Shown one piece after another: positions 54,773 through 64,000 of a stretch of 64,000 nt of DNA. This DNA is from Vitreimonas sp. GTDB lineage: Bacteria > Patescibacteriota > Microgenomatia > UBA1400 > PJMF01. Numbering within the stretch: the stretch's first letter is position 1; every line of letters begins with the position of its first letter. The translations under genes were made by a program, and so were the position numbers. Under the pieces are notes generated by a model. It saw nothing but the letters and a program-made list of their open reading frames with translations, made no database searches and was not told the DNA's origin. The DNA lies in contig DASPLQ010000012.1 in assembly GCA_035627515.1 (NCBI GenBank), forward strand, positions 906,331-970,330, read 5' to 3'.

Positions 54773-55291
54773 TTTCGCAAACTCCAATAAACGCTGAATT
54801 TGCACTCGCGTGGGTCGGATAAACGTCCGGACTTTTTTGACGAGGGCAAACGCATCCTGGTAGGTGAGTCCGGTGCTGATGAGATAGGCAATAATCATGG
54901 TGGGCCCTCTACCTTCGCCGTGTGCACAGTGAATATAGACTTTGCCCCCTTGCTCAATTTCATCATCGATAAAAGCTACTCCTTGTTTGAGTTGGGCAAT
55001 AGTAGGCGCATGAAGGTCTGGGGTGGGTAAATGCAAGGTTTTAATCCAGCCTTCTTTGGAGAGATCAAGTGAGCGCGTCCGCATATTTACAATGGCAGTA
55101 ATTCCCCAGCGTTTGAAAAAATGAAGGCCTCTGCGCCGAGAATGTTGGCCACCCAGATATAGTTGCGGAGTAATCATGCTTCGTCGCAGAGTAGGGACTC
55201 CGGCAATTCGTCGCCAAATATGATCAGTGACGCGTTGCAGGTCAATCACTCTCAATCGATACCAGCTTAAGGCTTGATGTTTAATAGACAT
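54752..55291 (-). CDS. Dual-specificity/PTP-like phosphatase
   Basis: ITPQLYLGG, PTPD..APT, VYIHCAHGEGRG (HCx5R). Confidence 0.9.
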   Translation of the reverse strand: MSIKHQALSWYRLRVIDLQRVTDHIWRRIAGVPTLRRSMITPQLYLGGQHSRRRGLHFFKRWGITAIVNMRTRSLDLSKEGWIKTLHLPTPDLHAPTIAQLKQGVAFIDDEIEQGGKVYIHCAHGEGRGPTMIIAYLISTGLTYQDAFALVKKVRTFIRPTRVQIQRLLEFAKLQANAH

Positions 55292-55313
55292 AGGTTACTG
55301 CCACACTAGATAA

Positions 55314-56189
55314 TTAGCGTAAAATTTTGACTGCTTTAGGCACCACACTAATCTCTAAAGTATGATGTGGGACCACCTTATCATCTTTGACAATTGTCTG
55401 GGGTGGTTTGACGTCAATTGTCGCTGTTTTCACTTGCCAGTGTTTTAGTGTAGGCGTTGAGGTGGCTTGAGTTAACGTGCTCGAAATCATACTCAGTAAC
55501 GCGGTTAAATCGGCTGACTGAATCAGGATGACGTCTAATTTCCCATCAGTGACCTTGATATTTGGCATCATGGACATGCCTGGCAAGCCAAAGTTCCCAG
55601 CATTAGTCACCATCAAGCCCACTCCTTGCGCAGTTACTTTTTTGCCATCTAATACCATCCGATACTCTGAAGGTTGGTGGTGCATCCAATGCTCGACAGC
55701 AGCCAATGCATAGGCTAAGTTGCCATAATTATTTTTTCGTTGTCGGCTGGCACCTTTGACTTGATCAGCTGGTAAGCCCACATTCATTCGTAGTGCAAAT
55801 AGTTCATCACCACATTTACCTAAATCAATTTCCACCTCACGATGTCGCTGTTTGGTGAAAATTTTTAAGGCTGTCGCTAAATCGAGCGGCACCCCGAGCT
55901 CCTTAGCCATAATGTTAGCGGTACCACCGGGCAAAATAATCAGTGGAATAGGCTGATGAGCCAGGGCAGTAGCAGCTTCCACTAATGTGCCATCTCCACC
56001 ATAGACGGCCACGGCATCGACTTTATCTTCGATAGCTTTTTCTACGTACTTTTTTATATCGCTAGCCTTACGGGTAACAAGAGCATGCCATTCAATCTTA
56101 GTTTTGCGTAACGTTTGATTGATAAGTTTCAAAACTGGTATATCCGGTCCCGAAACCGGATTAATAATAAGATGAACACGTTTCAGCAT
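55314..56189 (-). CDS. Diacylglycerol/lipid kinase (YegS/DgkB family)
   Basis: IINPVSG, GGDGTL, LPGGTANIMAKELG, DGKLDV. Confidence 0.9.
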   Translation of the reverse strand: MLKRVHLIINPVSGPDIPVLKLINQTLRKTKIEWHALVTRKASDIKKYVEKAIEDKVDAVAVYGGDGTLVEAATALAHQPIPLIILPGGTANIMAKELGVPLDLATALKIFTKQRHREVEIDLGKCGDELFALRMNVGLPADQVKGASRQRKNNYGNLAYALAAVEHWMHHQPSEYRMVLDGKKVTAQGVGLMVTNAGNFGLPGMSMMPNIKVTDGKLDVILIQSADLTALLSMISSTLTQATSTPTLKHWQVKTATIDVKPPQTIVKDDKVVPHHTLEISVVPKAVKILR

Positions 56190-56225
56190 CAGTGATGCAT
56201 AGTATACTCAATAGAAACTTTTTCT

Positions 56226-57272
56226 GTGCAAGAACTTGATAAGAAACTTTCGGCTTCACCTGATCGGCTCCTCTACGTAGATGTGGCACGAGTTGCAGCG
56301 GCAGTAGCGGTAGTGGTAGTGCACGCGGCCGCGCCCTTGACCTTTGCTTTTGGCGGTATCCCGGTTTGGCAGTGGTGGATTGCCAACCTTTTTTCATCAT
56401 TTGCCCGGTGGTGTGTGCCGGTGTTTATTATGATTAGTGGGGCGCTGATGCTCGATTCCCAGCGTGAAGATAAACCTCAGCTGTTTCTCTCTAAACGTTT
56501 ATGGCGGTTGCTGATTCCGTTAGTATTTTGGTCGGTAGCATATGCCCTGTATTACCACTGGGTGAGAGGGGATGAGTTATCGCTGGGATTTAGTCTTCAG
56601 CGGATGATTTTTGATCAGCCGTATGAACATTTGTATTTTCTCTTTATTTTAGTAGAGCTGACCTTGATTACCCCGTGGCTGAAACGATTCTGGTGGCAGT
56701 TGTCGGGTCGTCAGCAAAATATATTTTTAGCGAGCATGTTACTGATGACTTTTTTGTGGCGGCCCAATCGATTTGTGGGCACGTTATTTATTCCCTATGT
56801 GAGTTACTATCTATTGGGAATATGGATCAGTACGGTCAGTGTTTCTCATCGCGCTGGCAGGTGGCTGTTAGCCATAGCCGGGTCTGCCTTGAGCTTGATT
56901 GCACTCGGAACCTATCTATTGGTGAGTCACCGTATTCCCAATAATGATGGACTCTACCTGTATACCTACACTCAACCTTTAGCACTAATTGCGAGTGTGG
57001 GGGTAATGCTGGGTTTTAAAAGTTTTTTTGCTCACCCACGGTCGTTATCGATGCGCTGGCTTCGCTGGGTACGGTTTATGGCTCCACTTACCTTTGGTAT
57101 TTATCTGATCCATCCTATAGCCTTAGATTGGTGGCAGTGGGCACTGAGTAGTATTTCTCAGAGTCTTATTTTCAAAATTCTAGAAGTTCTTATTCTAACT
57201 GTATTAAGCTTTATAACTTCTGTTGGGATAATTTGGGCGGTTAAAAGTCGATTAAAAAGTCCCATAGTTTGA
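56226..57272 (+). CDS. Acyltransferase-3 family membrane O-acetyltransferase (WecH/YiaH-like)
   Basis: R...D..R.AA..AVV..H, RWCVPVFIMISGAL, HLYFL, TFGIYLIHP. Confidence 0.9.
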   Translation: MQELDKKLSASPDRLLYVDVARVAAAVAVVVVHAAAPLTFAFGGIPVWQWWIANLFSSFARWCVPVFIMISGALMLDSQREDKPQLFLSKRLWRLLIPLVFWSVAYALYYHWVRGDELSLGFSLQRMIFDQPYEHLYFLFILVELTLITPWLKRFWWQLSGRQQNIFLASMLLMTFLWRPNRFVGTLFIPYVSYYLLGIWISTVSVSHRAGRWLLAIAGSALSLIALGTYLLVSHRIPNNDGLYLYTYTQPLALIASVGVMLGFKSFFAHPRSLSMRWLRWVRFMAPLTFGIYLIHPIALDWWQWALSSISQSLIFKILEVLILTVLSFITSVGIIWAVKSRLKSPIV

Positions 57273-57438
57273 ATTTTATTGATTGATAAAATTGATCACT
57301 TTTTGAGGATCACCTGCTTCTTCTGGAAGCCTGTTTTTCCAAGTGAGTACAAAATTTCCAGATATGAGTAGGTTTACGTGTGGTTTTTGAGCCTAAGATT
57401 ATTAATACATACCAGATGTGTTTTAATAATTATTACTA

Positions 57439-57488
57439 TTGACAACTATATCAAACTATAGGATGATAACCCCCTTATCTATATCAAA
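57439..57488 (+). promoter_or_regulatory. Probable adhesin promoter with a 10-bp direct repeat
   Basis: TTGACA (57439)-17-GATGAT; CTATATCAAA at 57446 and 57479; GAGG SD before ATG 57508. Confidence 0.45.
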
Positions 57489-57507
57489 ATAGTTTAAAGT
57501 GAGGCAT

Positions 57508-60500
57508 ATGCGACATCGTGTCAAACGTCAATTGACGTCTCTGTTCTTTTTAGTTTTAACTCTCCTCCAACAAATTTTACCAACCTTTTCTTTACTTAAC
57601 CTTGCATATGCAGTAACTGCTAGTGAAGTTGACACGGCTCTCACTTATGACAGTAATGCACATGAGTTTAATTTAAGTATCAACAATGCTACTGAAGCTG
57701 AGTACCTCATTGAATATACCTATTCTCAAAATGGTGAAGTTAAACAAGAAGCCCTCCAAGGTCAAGCCAATGATGGCGATGGCAGCGTGGAAACGACCCT
57801 ATTTACGGGGACATGTTCAGGTAATGACTGTACACCGCACACTGGTGTCAGTAGTGGGCACATTGATCTCAAAGCTAAAGACCTCAATGGTGAGATGCAG
57901 TTTTACGCTGCAGACTTTATCATTACTAATGGATTATTGTGGTTAAGTGAAAATGGGAGTCAGACATTGTCTGAAGTCCAACTTAACCAAACGTATACAG
58001 CTCCTCAAAACGGTAACGTCAAAATTACGTTTACTTCGTTACCTAACCCAGCTGGGTCAATCACCATCACAGAAGTTACTCTGAGTGCTGAACAAATGGC
58101 AGCCTTAGGCGCGCCTTCTGACAAAGCTTATGAGATCACTTCCACTATGGCTGACGGGACTTTTGCTTATACCTTAGAGTTACCCGTCATCGGTGCTGAA
58201 GCTAATACAGAATATACAGTTAAGTGGGCAGAAAGTTTAGGCGAGCTCAATAATGCTCAAACCGTCACTCAAACCGTGACTCAACAAAACGGGAGTGTGG
58301 TAGTCAGTGGCTTAAATCACTTTACTGTGTTTGTGGTGGTTAATACGACTGGTGGTAGTAACAGTGGAGTAGGGACACAAACGTGGAATAATACCGGAAA
58401 TATCACCACGTCAAATAATCAACGGGCGACTGTTTCCATGCCCGCTGGTACCACTTCACACTACTTAACGGCTACCGGGTCAGCGGCAATTCCTACAAAT
58501 GCTGTCGTGACGGGTATTACCGTTACTATTGAACGACAGGTCCAGCAAGACCGACCTACCGATACCCAAGATAACATTGTGCGTTTAATGAAAGCTGGGA
58601 GTGTAGTGGGTTCAAACTATGCTCAACCAGGTGGTTGGACCACTACCGATACGGTTATCACGTATGGTAGCAGTAATGATTTGTGGGGCACGACATGGAC
58701 AGCAGCTGATGTTAATAATCCTAACTTTGGTGTGGCGTTATCGGTGAGCCGTGGTGGCAGTGATATCCAAGGACAGACTCCTGGAGTTGATCACATCCAA
58801 ATCACCGTTCATTACGTGGCAATCACATTGCTCTCACCCAATGGTGGTGAAGTGTATGCCGGTGGCAGTACTCAAACCATTGCCTGGAATGCTCCTGACA
58901 CTGATGCTAATCCTAATGATTCATTAATTACTTTGGAGTACACCACCGATGGAGTGAACTTTGTCACGATTGCGACAAATGAACCCAACGACGGTAGTTA
59001 TACGTGGACAGTGCCTAATATTAACTCCACTACGGTCCAAGTTCGAGCTACTGTGACAGATGGTGTAAATAATAGTGCCAGTGCTAATGACATGTCAGAT
59101 GCAGTGTTCACGATAGGTGCTATGGCTAACCCCGCGCCTGTTTTAAGCTTCAGTGGTTTCCGCGATCAAGCTAGTGCTGTTTATGATAATACCCAAGCTA
59201 TCCAAGCTTGTGGTGCTACCAATAATACTGGCTTCATTGCTTGGGAATGGCAGCTGACTAACTCACCCACCAATGATCCAATTACATATACCTATACAAT
59301 TGTCAGTGGGCCCACGGCAGTTGGTTTTACAACCACGACTGCTAACACCTATTACAACGGGCAGATCCCTGCTCAAGGTACGTATATAGTAGAAGTCTAT
59401 GGTACTGACGCCTTAAATAATGTTAGTAACACCGTTTCTTGTTCCGTTACTTTTGACGCTCCTGCTCCTTCGGCACCTTTATTTTGGGTTGAAGAAGACG
59501 CCAGTAGTGTGGAACTTAATTGGCAGGCTGCAACTAACGCAGTTAGTTACAACATTTATCGTGATGGTAGTTTATTAACCACTCTTAACTCTCTTACCTA
59601 TAGTGATGCAACTGCTGGACTTTTGAGTACTCACACCTACGAGGTGAGAGCAGTTAATGCTTACAATGAGGAATCCACTCCCCAAACCGCTAAACAAGCC
59701 CAAACCTTAGATGTGGTCATCGATGACAATGCGAATGGGGCAGACCTCAGTGGCTCAGGCACCTTTTCCGCTTCGGCTGGTTGGTCGGCATTTAGCATTA
59801 ATGACTCACCTGTGCTGCAAAATGCAGTAGGTGGTGACAACTATAGTACGGTGGGTGCGGCTTCTGGCCAAACTGCTACTTGGACTACCGCTGCTAATTT
59901 AGATGGTATCTATGAAGTGTACGTGCAGTACATCTGTGATAGTTCACGCGGTACCGCTCAATATGCTATTAATTCAGGAGCTTTCCCGGTAGGTACAGCC
60001 ATGGTTGATCAATCAACCACTGATGGCACCACGCAATGTAGTGGCCAATCAGCAATTAGTGAGGCTGGCGCCAACTGGATTAGCTTAGGTCAATTTGCCT
60101 TTGTAAATGCTCAAGGTCAAGTTCAAATCACGGCTCCCAATGGAGAAGTGAATATCTTGGCTGATGCAGTGGCTTTCCGCTATGTAAGTCCCTATGCTTC
60201 AATCCAAGGTCGCAAATATCGTGACGTCAATGGTGATGGCAACTTTAACGCCAGTGAACAAATCGTGGCCAATCGCTTGAATGGCTGGACAATTTCTATC
60301 TATAACGATTTAAATGCTGCGCCCATTGCCTCAATGGTAACTGGTGACGACACCACAATTGCGGGTGTAGTCGGCAACGGTCAATACCGCTTTGTCGGCT
60401 TGGCTGCTGGTACCTACTATGTCTGTGAAACTCAGCAAACAAACTGGCAACAAACCGAACCAGCGAGTGGGGTGGCTAATCCCAATGCCGACGGCACACT

Positions 60501-63500
60501 GTGTTACACCGTTACTTTGGCAGCAGGTCAAAGTGTGACCGGTCGCCAATTTGGTAACTTCGAATTAGCTACTATCACCGGTGCCAAGATCAATGATCTC
60601 AATGGCAACGGAGTGATTGAAGCAGGGGAACCTGGGTTGGGTGGCTGGCGGATCTATGTGGATGCCGACAATAGCCAATCATGGGACTCAACTGAAATTA
60701 ATGCGGTGACCGATGTGACTGGTACTTATTCATTGCCAGGGTTGTTTGCCGGTACCTATAGTATTTGTGAGGAAAACCAAACTGGTTGGACTCGGACCTT
60801 TCCTACAGGCAGTAACTGTCAAAACGTGACGGTCAATACTTCTGGTCAAATTATCCCTGACATTAATTTTGCGAATTTTGAGCTTAACACCATCAGTGGT
60901 CAAAAATTTAATGACGTTGATGCTGATGGCGTCAAAGACAATGGTGAGCCAGGCATTCAAGGCTGGAGTATTAATATCAGCGGTAGTTATAACGGTGGTG
61001 GCTTGAGTGTGACTACTCAGACTGACGTCAATGGGAATTATCTTTTCACTGATTTATTACCTGGCACCTACACTGTCTGTGAAATCGATCAAGCTGATTG
61101 GACCCAAACATATCCAACTACTAATGCGGGTTGTTATCCAATCACTGTGAATTTGTCTGGACAAGATTTCATTGATCAAGACTTTGGTAATGCCCAAGAA
61201 GGCTCGATCCAAGGTCGTAAGTTTGAAGATGAAAATGCCGATCATAACCACGATGGAGATGATACTTTCCTGGATGGTTGGAGTGTACGCTTGTACCAAT
61301 TTGTGAATGGCGCCTGGACTTTTGTGAGTAGTATGTTTACTGGTGATGACACCACGGCAGCTGGGAATGTCGCCCCCGGTCAATATCGCTTTACAAATTT
61401 ATTGACGGGTCAATATGCGTTGTGTGAAGACATGAGCGGTCAACCTGATGGCTGGATTCAAACCCGCCCTTGGAGTGGTAATGGCACTGCTATTTTGCAA
61501 TCAGTGGTCGATGGGAGTTTGTTCCAACCAACTGGTTACACCAACTACTGTCATACAGTCAATTTAGATCCTAATGAAGATCGCGTAGGCGTGCGCTTTG
61601 GCAACTTCAAACTAGCCGAAGTCTACGGCAGTAAATTTGAAGATGTAAATGCCAATGGTGCTCGTGACGCCAGTGAATCAGGTTTGCCTAACTGGACCAT
61701 CTTTGTTGATGCCAACTTAAATGGCACACTTGATGCCACTGAGTCTTCAACAGTGACTGATAGTAATGGTGATTATGCTTTTACTGGCTATAACGGTTTA
61801 GTATTAGGCACTCACCAACTGTGTGAGGTCCAACAAAGTGGTTGGTTCCAAACCGTGCCAGCCAATGGTACCTGTCATTCCGTGAACGTGACTGAATCAA
61901 CTCAAACAATAATTGATCTTGATTTCGGTAACTTCCAGATGGGCACTTTACAAGGTCGCAAATATGAAGATATGGATGCCGATGGTCTTCATGATGGCGC
62001 GGCTACTGAAGCTCGCTTAGCTGATTGGACCATCCGCTTGTACCGTGATTTTGCTGGTGAGTGGTTGAGTGAAGATGAAATGTACACCGAAAATGACAAC
62101 AGTAATCTCAACCCTGATCACGCTTCTGGAGATGTAGACGCAGGTCAATACCGCTTTACTAATCTAGAGCCAGGCACATATTACGTCTGTGAAGTGGTTG
62201 AAGCTGGATGGTTACAAACCGGTCCAGTGGTCGGCGCTAACCCTGTTAACTTCAACGGCCAAGTCATGAACGACGCTGTGGCTGTTGCTAACCAATCGGG
62301 TGAAACTGATGAAGCCCTCACGTGCTGGCAGGTTGCTATTGATCAATCTGGCGAGTTTAATCGCTGGATGAAGTTTGGTAACTTTGAGCTGGCTACTATT
62401 ACCGGGACGAAATGGAACGACATCACTCCCAATGGGACTCGTGAACTTGGTGAGCCCGGATTATCGGGTTGGACGATCTACGTAGATGCCAACAACAACC
62501 AAACATTAGATGGTAACGAACAGTTCACGTTCACTGATGCCTATGGTAACTACACATTGAGTGGTTTCCCGCTGGGTACCTACAGTGTGTGTGAGGTGCA
62601 ACAAAATTATTGGCGCCAAATGTTCCCTGCCAACAATGGTTGCCACACTATCACGGTGACTGAGTCAGGTCAGGTCTTTACTGAAAATGACTTTGGCAAT
62701 GCCCAAGAAGGTTTCATTTCTGGCTTGAAGTTTACTGATTACTTAGCCAACGGAGTAGCTGTGGATAGTGATGAGGCCGTTTTTGATACCGTCATTGATG
62801 TGGCGGTGGGTGGAATTGATGGTTGGACGATCAACTTGTTTGATGCCGGCTGGAATTTCTTAGAATCAACTACCACTCATGCTCATAATCTGTTTGGCAT
62901 CTTTACCTTGCATGGCCATTATTGGTTCGACCATTTATTAGCTGGCACGTACTACGTGTGTGAGCAGCCTCAAGATGGTTGGGTGCAAACGACGGCCATC
63001 AACTTATTAGATGAGCTGTTTGGGACCGGCAATGAGATCGTGCCAGATCCTAATAACCCTGGCTATATGTGCCATGAAGTCAATTTATTACCAGGTGAAA
63101 TCAATTGGACCAACTGGTTTGCTAACTTCCAGTTAGCCACCGTATCAGGTGTGAAGTTCCATGACGTGAATGGTGATGGTGTTCGTAACGAAGGCGAGCC
63201 AGGTTTAGCTAACTGGACGATTCACATCACGGGCACCGACGTTAATGGCAACAGTTATGACGAACTGGTCAATACCGCTGCCGATGGTACCTATACCTTT
63301 GCTGGCAATCAGTCTGGGTTAATGGCTGGTACCTACCAAGCCTGTGAGATCAATCAAAGCAACTGGGTCCAAACTTTGCCAGCTAATCCGAGCTGTTACA
63401 CCTTAGAAGTGGTCATTTCTGGCCAACAGTTCACCAATGTAGATTTTGGTAACTACTTTGTGCCGCCTACAAATGGTGGTGGCAATGGCGGTGGCGGTAC

Positions 63501-64000
63501 TTCTGCCCCCGGTGGAGCCAGTCCTCAGGTGTGTACTGACAACGCGCCGAGTTCAGCTCCGGCTAACTTGCACGTTCAAGCCAGTGGTAGTAATACCGTG
63601 ACTTTGGCTTGGCATCCTGTTTCTCCTGCTAGCCATTACGCGTTAGTCTTTACTCGCCAGAGTGACGGCGCCCAATTTGGTTCAACCAATATTGGCAATG
63701 TCACTAGCTATACCATCAATGGTATTTCTGGTGGGGCAGACTACACCTTTGAGGTCTTTGGGGTGAATGGTTGTATGCCAGGTCCTCGCTCAGTTATCAG
63801 AGGTCGCCGCATTACAGGTCCAGTTTTAACTGCTCGACCAGTAGGCCAAGACGGCACAGTTTTAGGAGCAGAAGAAGTTTATTATGAAGAGGCAACACCT
63901 TCAGCTACCTTGACTGCTACAAATAGTGCTCAGGTCGCAGGAATGTCGGCCACCTGCAGTGATCCATGGTGGAAGTGGTTGTTATTCTTGGCACAAGCAA
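57508..64000 (+). CDS. Giant secreted surface protein/adhesin, >2160 aa, 3' end beyond the window (not in the ORF track)
   Basis: Read in frame from ATG 57508 with no stop seen. Signal peptide, GTCSGNDC, GLNHFTVF, DLWGTTWT module, SPNGGE Ig-like module, FN3-like, CBM-like (WISLGQF..ADAV), nine SdrD-B-like repeats, FN3-like, VLGA/VAG, then the start of a TM (PWWKWLLFL). Confidence 0.9.
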   Translation, partial: MRHRVKRQLTSLFFLVLTLLQQILPTFSLLNLAYAVTASEVDTALTYDSNAHEFNLSINNATEAEYLIEYTYSQNGEVKQEALQGQANDGDGSVETTLFTGTCSGNDCTPHTGVSSGHIDLKAKDLNGEMQFYAADFIITNGLLWLSENGSQTLSEVQLNQTYTAPQNGNVKITFTSLPNPAGSITITEVTLSAEQMAALGAPSDKAYEITSTMADGTFAYTLELPVIGAEANTEYTVKWAESLGELNNAQTVTQTVTQQNGSVVVSGLNHFTVFVVVNTTGGSNSGVGTQTWNNTGNITTSNNQRATVSMPAGTTSHYLTATGSAAIPTNAVVTGITVTIERQVQQDRPTDTQDNIVRLMKAGSVVGSNYAQPGGWTTTDTVITYGSSNDLWGTTWTAADVNNPNFGVALSVSRGGSDIQGQTPGVDHIQITVHYVAITLLSPNGGEVYAGGSTQTIAWNAPDTDANPNDSLITLEYTTDGVNFVTIATNEPNDGSYTWTVPNINSTTVQVRATVTDGVNNSASANDMSDAVFTIGAMANPAPVLSFSGFRDQASAVYDNTQAIQACGATNNTGFIAWEWQLTNSPTNDPITYTYTIVSGPTAVGFTTTTANTYYNGQIPAQGTYIVEVYGTDALNNVSNTVSCSVTFDAPAPSAPLFWVEEDASSVELNWQAATNAVSYNIYRDGSLLTTLNSLTYSDATAGLLSTHTYEVRAVNAYNEESTPQTAKQAQTLDVVIDDNANGADLSGSGTFSASAGWSAFSINDSPVLQNAVGGDNYSTVGAASGQTATWTTAANLDGIYEVYVQYICDSSRGTAQYAINSGAFPVGTAMVDQSTTDGTTQCSGQSAISEAGANWISLGQFAFVNAQGQVQITAPNGEVNILADAVAFRYVSPYASIQGRKYRDVNGDGNFNASEQIVANRLNGWTISIYNDLNAAPIASMVTGDDTTIAGVVGNGQYRFVGLAAGTYYVCETQQTNWQQTEPASGVANPNADGTLCYTVTLAAGQSVTGRQFGNFELATITGAKINDLNGNGVIEAGEPGLGGWRIYVDADNSQSWDSTEINAVTDVTGTYSLPGLFAGTYSICEENQTGWTRTFPTGSNCQNVTVNTSGQIIPDINFANFELNTISGQKFNDVDADGVKDNGEPGIQGWSINISGSYNGGGLSVTTQTDVNGNYLFTDLLPGTYTVCEIDQADWTQTYPTTNAGCYPITVNLSGQDFIDQDFGNAQEGSIQGRKFEDENADHNHDGDDTFLDGWSVRLYQFVNGAWTFVSSMFTGDDTTAAGNVAPGQYRFTNLLTGQYALCEDMSGQPDGWIQTRPWSGNGTAILQSVVDGSLFQPTGYTNYCHTVNLDPNEDRVGVRFGNFKLAEVYGSKFEDVNANGARDASESGLPNWTIFVDANLNGTLDATESSTVTDSNGDYAFTGYNGLVLGTHQLCEVQQSGWFQTVPANGTCHSVNVTESTQTIIDLDFGNFQMGTLQGRKYEDMDADGLHDGAATEARLADWTIRLYRDFAGEWLSEDEMYTENDNSNLNPDHASGDVDAGQYRFTNLEPGTYYVCEVVEAGWLQTGPVVGANPVNFNGQVMNDAVAVANQSGETDEALTCWQVAIDQSGEFNRWMKFGNFELATITGTKWNDITPNGTRELGEPGLSGWTIYVDANNNQTLDGNEQFTFTDAYGNYTLSGFPLGTYSVCEVQQNYWRQMFPANNGCHTITVTESGQVFTENDFGNAQEGFISGLKFTDYLANGVAVDSDEAVFDTVIDVAVGGIDGWTINLFDAGWNFLESTTTHAHNLFGIFTLHGHYWFDHLLAGTYYVCEQPQDGWVQTTAINLLDELFGTGNEIVPDPNNPGYMCHEVNLLPGEINWTNWFANFQLATVSGVKFHDVNGDGVRNEGEPGLANWTIHITGTDVNGNSYDELVNTAADGTYTFAGNQSGLMAGTYQACEINQSNWVQTLPANPSCYTLEVVISGQQFTNVDFGNYFVPPTNGGGNGGGGTSAPGGASPQVCTDNAPSSAPANLHVQASGSNTVTLAWHPVSPASHYALVFTRQSDGAQFGSTNIGNVTSYTINGISGGADYTFEVFGVNGCMPGPRSVIRGRRITGPVLTARPVGQDGTVLGAEEVYYEEATPSATLTATNSAQVAGMSATCSDPWWKWLLFLAQA
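60196..63456 (+). repeat. Nine tandem SdrD-B-like protein repeats (~100-150 aa each)
   Basis: Each unit runs I.G.K..D.N.DG...GL.GW.I...G.Y.F..L..GTY.VCE....W.QT.P...C..V...F(G/A)N. Confidence 0.85.

Noticed and set aside
57686-61383. Short ORFs in the track at 57686, 60331, 60730 and 61057
   Set aside because: They are shadow ORFs within the giant adhesin reading frame.
60196-63456. Periodic DNA similarity suggesting a CRISPR array or DGR template/variable repeats
   Set aside because: The repeats are degenerate, 300-450 nt long and in frame, so they are protein domain repeats. No cas or reverse transcriptase gene is in the window.
1-64000. Stop-codon reassignment (code 25) as in Gracilibacteria/Absconditabacteria
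   Set aside because: RF2 is present, conserved genes are full length under code 11, and several ORFs end in TGA.

Overview
A dense stretch of bacterial chromosome in standard genetic code 11 (RF2 is present and TGA is used as a stop). Gene content points to Patescibacteria/CPR, probably Microgenomates (inference): many GT-C glycosyltransferases, DUF4012, a TrpR-like protein, a UvrD-nuclease fusion and a giant VLG-motif surface protein. Housekeeping genes are bcp, ftsE/ftsX with an M23 effector, prfB, a cyclophilin, ddl, murF, secG, rny, recA, tatD, metG and rmuC, plus tRNA-Pro(GGG) and tRNA-Glu(CTC). There is also a large cell-envelope glycosylation cluster, several ORFan patches, and two edge-truncated genes absent from the ORF track: a GT87-like gene at the left edge and a >2160-aa adhesin at the right edge. 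I saw no integrase, transposase, reverse transcriptase or CRISPR array. Most notable observations: (1) the FtsEX-linked M23 peptidase is circularly permuted with its metal ligands intact; (2) a ~200-nt highly structured, 6S-like RNA behind a near-consensus sigma70 promoter lies directly upstream of rny; (3) a pseudo-ATPase fused to an OmpR-type winged helix has in-phase 11-bp TGACA repeats at its own promoter; (4) a catalytically dead sortase-fold protein; (5) an adhesin with an HFT autoproteolysis-like motif, nine Cys-containing SdrD-B-like repeats and VLG-type C-terminal motifs; (6) pervasive leaderless promoter architecture. All family calls come from reading motifs by eye; no searches were run.
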